From: Geotalea daltonii FRC-32 | Lineage (GTDB): Bacteria; Desulfobacterota; Desulfuromonadia; Geobacterales; Geobacteraceae | Direction: 5' to 3' | Length of the DNA stretch: 32,000 nt | Assembly (NCBI RefSeq): GCF_000022265.1 | Contig: NC_011979.1 | Span: forward strand, 2,880,001-2,912,000 | Part shown: piece by piece, positions 28,358-32,000 of the stretch | Numbering within the stretch: position 1 is the first letter of the stretch | How the letters are laid out: each line of letters starts with the position of its first letter | Position numbers and translations under genes: made by a program | The notes under the pieces: model-generated | The model's database searches: none | What the model was told of the DNA's origin: nothing | The model's input: only the letters and a program-made list of their open reading frames with translations

Positions 28358-30079
28358 ATGAACAAAACATTCAAAAGGAAAAAGCTCGGAGACATTCTGG
28401 TCGACAACCAGACTATTACTCCGGAACAACTTACTTTTGTCATTGATAAACTGAAAAGCACCAGTGAGCGCTTTGGGGCCATCTGCCTCAATGAGGGGTT
28501 GATTACCGATGCCGATCTGGCTCGGGCTTTGGCTGAGCAGTTTGGCCTGGAATATATTGACCTGCAGGATTTCAAGCACGACGAGACTGTTCTTGAATTA
28601 CTTCCTCCCGATGCAATGCAGCGTTTTCATTTTGTACCGCTTGAACTGCTCGGGGATGCTCTGGTAGTAGCCATTTCAGATCCCACTGATGTTCTTAAGC
28701 TCGATGAGATGGAGTTACTGCTCGATAGGCCTGTAATTCTGAAAATTGCTCCTGAGTCACAGATTCTGATCTTGTTAAAAAAAGGAGAAGGAGCAAGAAG
28801 CGTCCTTAAGGAAGTCTCTGAAGATTTCATGCTCCAGTTGGTGACCGAGACGGAAAAAGGGGAAGAAGTCCTGTCGGTGGAAAAAATTTCAGCCGATACC
28901 AGCCCCATTATCAAGCTGGTTAACTCAACGATCCTTGATGCCTTAAACCGCCGTACCAGCGATATTCATATAGAGACCACCCAGGAAGGGGTCATCATCA
29001 AGTACCGCATCGACGGGGTGTTATACAAAGCGACAGAACCTATCGATTTGCACTTTCAGGGGCCGATCATTTCCCGCCTCAAGGTCATGAGCGAGCTTGA
29101 CATCTCAGAACGCCGCATCCCCCAGGATGGCAGATTCAAGGTCCGGATCAATGGCAAATCAATAGATTTTCGTGTATCCATCATGCCCAGTGCTTTCGGC
29201 GAGGACGCCGTAATAAGGATTCTTGACAAGGAAAGCATTGCAACGGATCTCAAGGGGCTCACCCTTGAGACACTGGGCATGGACAGCAGGGAGATAAAAC
29301 GGTTTCGCAAGATGATCAAGGAACCGTACGGGATGGTGCTGGTAACGGGGCCTACCGGTTCGGGGAAAACTACGACCCTTTATGGCGCCCTCACTGAGAT
29401 CCATTCAGGCGAAGAAAAAATCATTACCATAGAAGATCCGGTTGAATATGTTCTTCGTGGCATTGTTCAGATCCCGGTAAATGAAAAGAAAGGCCTCACT
29501 TTCGCACGGGGGCTTCGTTCCATTCTTCGCCACGACCCCGACAAGATAATGGTAGGCGAAATAAGGGATCCTGAAACTGCTCAAATCGCCGTCCAGTCGG
29601 CTCTTACTGGCCATCTTGTATTTACTACCGTTCATGCAAACAACGTCTTTGACGTGATCGGGCGTTTCACCCACATGGGGATCGATCCCTACAACTTTGT
29701 CGCCTGTCTCAACTGTGTCATGGCACAACGCCTTGTACGAAAGATCTGTCCGAAGTGCAAGTATCCAGTAGTCATTCCCGATGAAAAGCTGATAGAGTCA
29801 GCCATAGACCCGGAAAGATGCCGAAATGTCACATTTTACGAGGCCAAGGGCTGCGACGATTGCAATGGTACCGGTTATCGGGGAAGGTCGGCCATTGTAG
29901 AGCTTCTGGATCTCAATGATGAAATACGGGAACTTATAATAGCCAAGGCTTCGGCAATTCAGCTGAAAAAGGCTGCCAAAGAGGCGGGAACCGTTTTTTT
30001 GCGTGAGTCTGCCGTGGAAAAAGTACTTGCAGGTGATACCACATTACGGGAAATAAACCGCGTCACCTTTGTTGAATAA
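28358..30079 (+). CDS. gspE: Type II secretion / type IV pilus assembly ATPase (GspE/PilB family) with MshEN-type N-terminal domain
   Basis: Walker A is GPTGSGKTT. Asp and His boxes are present. The tetracysteine motif is CPKC...CDDC. The N-terminal T2SSE_N motif is RFGAICLNEGLITDADLARALAEQ. Confidence 0.92.
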   Translation: MNKTFKRKKLGDILVDNQTITPEQLTFVIDKLKSTSERFGAICLNEGLITDADLARALAEQFGLEYIDLQDFKHDETVLELLPPDAMQRFHFVPLELLGDALVVAISDPTDVLKLDEMELLLDRPVILKIAPESQILILLKKGEGARSVLKEVSEDFMLQLVTETEKGEEVLSVEKISADTSPIIKLVNSTILDALNRRTSDIHIETTQEGVIIKYRIDGVLYKATEPIDLHFQGPIISRLKVMSELDISERRIPQDGRFKVRINGKSIDFRVSIMPSAFGEDAVIRILDKESIATDLKGLTLETLGMDSREIKRFRKMIKEPYGMVLVTGPTGSGKTTTLYGALTEIHSGEEKIITIEDPVEYVLRGIVQIPVNEKKGLTFARGLRSILRHDPDKIMVGEIRDPETAQIAVQSALTGHLVFTTVHANNVFDVIGRFTHMGIDPYNFVACLNCVMAQRLVRKICPKCKYPVVIPDEKLIESAIDPERCRNVTFYEAKGCDDCNGTGYRGRSAIVELLDLNDEIRELIIAKASAIQLKKAAKEAGTVFLRESAVEKVLAGDTTLREINRVTFVE

Positions 30080-30101
30080 ATAGAACGTTCGGGTCCACAT
30101 C

Positions 30102-31028
30102 ATGTTTTTTTCAAAAAAAGCCATAGGAGTTGAAGTGTCAGGGGAGGCCATCAAAATGGCCGTTGTAGACGGAAGTCGTAATTCCTTAAGCCTTGCAGCT
30201 TACAATGCGACTCCTATTCCCCATGATCTTCTGAAGTTCGGCATGAAGGAGCAGAATGTTCTCAATCCTTCTGCTTTTGTTGGCATTATCCGAGATGCCT
30301 ATCTCAGACTCCTGACAAAAGAAACAGTCATTTCCCTGTCTTTGCCAGAAACCACAGGACGAGTCATGCTTGTCGATATTGAGACCCGTTTTAAAAGCAA
30401 GGAAGAAGGGAAAGAAATCATCCGCTGGAAGCTCAAAAAGAATTTCTCCTTCAATTTAAGCGAGACTCACCTGGATTATCAGTTGCTCGAAGAAAAAGAT
30501 GACGGTGCAATGTCTCTTCTTGTGTCTATCATAGCCAAACCGGTGATTACACAATTTGAAGAACTCTTTCTTCAGGCCGGGCTTGAACCCAAATTTATAG
30601 ATTTTACAGGCTTCAATGTTTACAGGCTATTTTCAAATCGTTTGTCGGTAACAGAAAATGTTACTTTCTTTACTTTCCATTGCGGCATTTTCACCATGAT
30701 GGTTTTTTATGGCGAGGTACTTGTCTTTTATCGCTCCAAAGACCTCTCACCAGGTATTTTCGAGCCTAACCGACTATATCGGGAGATCAACAACTCACAG
30801 CTGGTGTTCAAGGATAAATTCCCCGGTTTTTCTGCCAATGAGGTCTTTTGTTTTGCTGCCGGCGAAGACGCCGAATCTTTTAGTGGTGTAGTCAGTGATG
30901 CAATAGGGGCGGAACCGATTTTGCTCGACGTGAGCCGCGTGATTTCCAGCCAAAGCGGAGTCGCCACAGATCGAAGATTGCTGCAATCTCTGGCTGGTGC
31001 TTTAGGTGCCGCAGTGAGGGATTTCTGA
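30102..31028 (+). CDS. PilM-like actin-fold assembly protein
   Basis: 308 aa with the N-terminus KKAIGVEVSGEAIKMAVVDGS, typical of PilM. It sits directly after the ATPase and is translationally coupled to the next gene (TGATG). Confidence 0.65.
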   Translation: MFFSKKAIGVEVSGEAIKMAVVDGSRNSLSLAAYNATPIPHDLLKFGMKEQNVLNPSAFVGIIRDAYLRLLTKETVISLSLPETTGRVMLVDIETRFKSKEEGKEIIRWKLKKNFSFNLSETHLDYQLLEEKDDGAMSLLVSIIAKPVITQFEELFLQAGLEPKFIDFTGFNVYRLFSNRLSVTENVTFFTFHCGIFTMMVFYGEVLVFYRSKDLSPGIFEPNRLYREINNSQLVFKDKFPGFSANEVFCFAAGEDAESFSGVVSDAIGAEPILLDVSRVISSQSGVATDRRLLQSLAGALGAAVRDF

Positions 31029-31567
31029 TGCAGTTTACTACTAATCTTGCAACCAGAAGCTATATCAATCTTCGTCAGCTGCATCTGATTATTGCCATTA
31101 CGGCAATTCTTCTCATACTGTGGCTTGTTTTTAACATCAGGGAAATATTCTTCAATCTTGGTGAGACCAAACGCCTTGAGACGCAAATCATATCCCTGGA
31201 CAGGAAAATTAAGGGTGATTCAAAAGGTGTACCCGCAAAAGAATATGAAACGGTGCTGGCTGAAATCCGCTTTGCCAATTCGATTATTGAAAAGAAAAGC
31301 TTGAACTGGCTTAATTTTCTGGAACAGCTCGAATCGGTAGTCCCGGAAGGGGTTACTCTTAGTACTGTAGAACCTGATGTGGAGAAACGCACCCTTAAAC
31401 TGACCGGCTACGGTAAAACCTTTACCGATTTGCGGCGCTTTTTTGAAGTTCTTTCCTCTTCAGCATATTTCAAGAACGTTTTCCTGGAAAATCAATCGGC
31501 AATCAAGGTAGGACAGAATCAGAAAGGGGTAAGTTTCACCATTACCTGCACGGTAATATACAAATGA
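31028..31567 (+). CDS. PilN-like bitopic inner-membrane assembly protein
   Basis: 179 aa with a short cytoplasmic N-terminus (NLATRSYINLRQ), a single TM helix, a coiled-coil and a ferredoxin-like C-terminal part. Confidence 0.6.
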   Translation: MQFTTNLATRSYINLRQLHLIIAITAILLILWLVFNIREIFFNLGETKRLETQIISLDRKIKGDSKGVPAKEYETVLAEIRFANSIIEKKSLNWLNFLEQLESVVPEGVTLSTVEPDVEKRTLKLTGYGKTFTDLRRFFEVLSSSAYFKNVFLENQSAIKVGQNQKGVSFTITCTVIYK

Positions 31568-32000
31568 ATCTCAAACTTTTAAAAGAGACGCTAATAGCCA
31601 AGAAGCGCTTGGTTTTACCGATAATTTTTTTATTGTTCATCAACATTGTTTCCTTCGTTTATCTTACTTTCTATCAGGAACCACGGGTTGCATCACTGCA
31701 AAGCAGTTGGTTTGAAAAACGGCAGAAGAGCAGCCAGATGAGTGTGCTTGACGCTGCCACCATCTATGCCCAAGGGAAGAGAGACCTGCAGACGTGGCAC
31801 TCAAGAATCCTTTCCAAGAATGATTTTGCACGCATGCTGGGCGAGCTTTTTGAAACTGCGAGCAACAATAGTCTGGTCGTAAACAATGTTACGTACAAAC
31901 CGACCAGCATGAAAGAGCAAGGACTTCTTGCCTATACCATCGATTTTTCCGTTTCCGGTAATTATGCCGGGATGAAAAGCTTCATTTCCGACTTGATGCG
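31564..32000 (+). CDS. PilO/GspM-like bitopic assembly protein (3' end beyond window)
   Basis: This ORF is not in the ORF track because it runs off the window. ATG 31564 overlaps the pilN-like stop (ATGA). My translation MNLKLLKETLIAKKRLVLPIIFLLFINIVSFVYLTF...YTIDFSVSGNYAGMKSFISDLM is stop-free to position 32000. Confidence 0.6.
   Translation, partial: MNLKLLKETLIAKKRLVLPIIFLLFINIVSFVYLTFYQEPRVASLQSSWFEKRQKSSQMSVLDAATIYAQGKRDLQTWHSRILSKNDFARMLGELFETASNNSLVVNNVTYKPTSMKEQGLLAYTIDFSVSGNYAGMKSFISDLM

Noticed and set aside
27801-28370. A 189-aa minus-strand ORF opposite gspF. Similar shadow ORFs occur at 1287-1814, 8352-8864, 13570-14121, 14317-14814 and 30728-31186.
   Set aside because: All lie fully inside strongly supported + strand genes. 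They have low-complexity or Ser/Arg/Pro-rich translations and no translation signals. They are typical antisense shadows.

Overview
The window looks like a chromosomal segment from a Desulfuromonadales/Geobacter-like deltaproteobacterium. This is inferred from gene content, paired-CXXCH multihaem cytochromes and gene order; no search was run. All genes but one are on the + strand. Positions 1-22.7 kb are core housekeeping: glyA (3' part), a secreted tandem beta-sandwich protein, comEC, a REC-GAF-GGDEF response regulator, hisS, an acyl-ACP thioesterase, a YibQ-type deacetylase, a lone minus-strand ParA-like ATPase with an unknown C-terminal domain, xseA-xseB-ispA-dxs, a TPR/peptidase-MA protein, an Rrf2 regulator and tig-clpP-clpX-lon. 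A tRNA-Asp/tRNA-Val/tRNA-Asp cluster (22.75-23.04 kb) marks the switch to an accessory-looking block of visibly lower GC. That block holds a GT2 polyprenyl-phosphate glycosyltransferase, a 61-aa two-helix membrane protein, a six-bladed NHL lipoprotein and two multihaem c-type cytochromes (4 haems, and 7 CXXCH plus one CX3CH). After a hairpin come gspF/pilC, gspE/pilB, and pilM-, pilN- and pilO-like genes running off the window end. The most interesting observations are: (i) the GGDEF enzyme has Ser at the guanine-specificity position, the 'Hypr' signature of a candidate 3',3'-cGAMP synthase; (ii) the cytochrome/NHL module sits beside a hybrid T2SS/type-IV-pilus machine; (iii) the secretion ATPase has an MshEN-type cyclic-dinucleotide-binding N-terminus; (iv) the ParA-like fusion protein has no assignable function. 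No CRISPR array, IS element, integrase or riboswitch was recognised.
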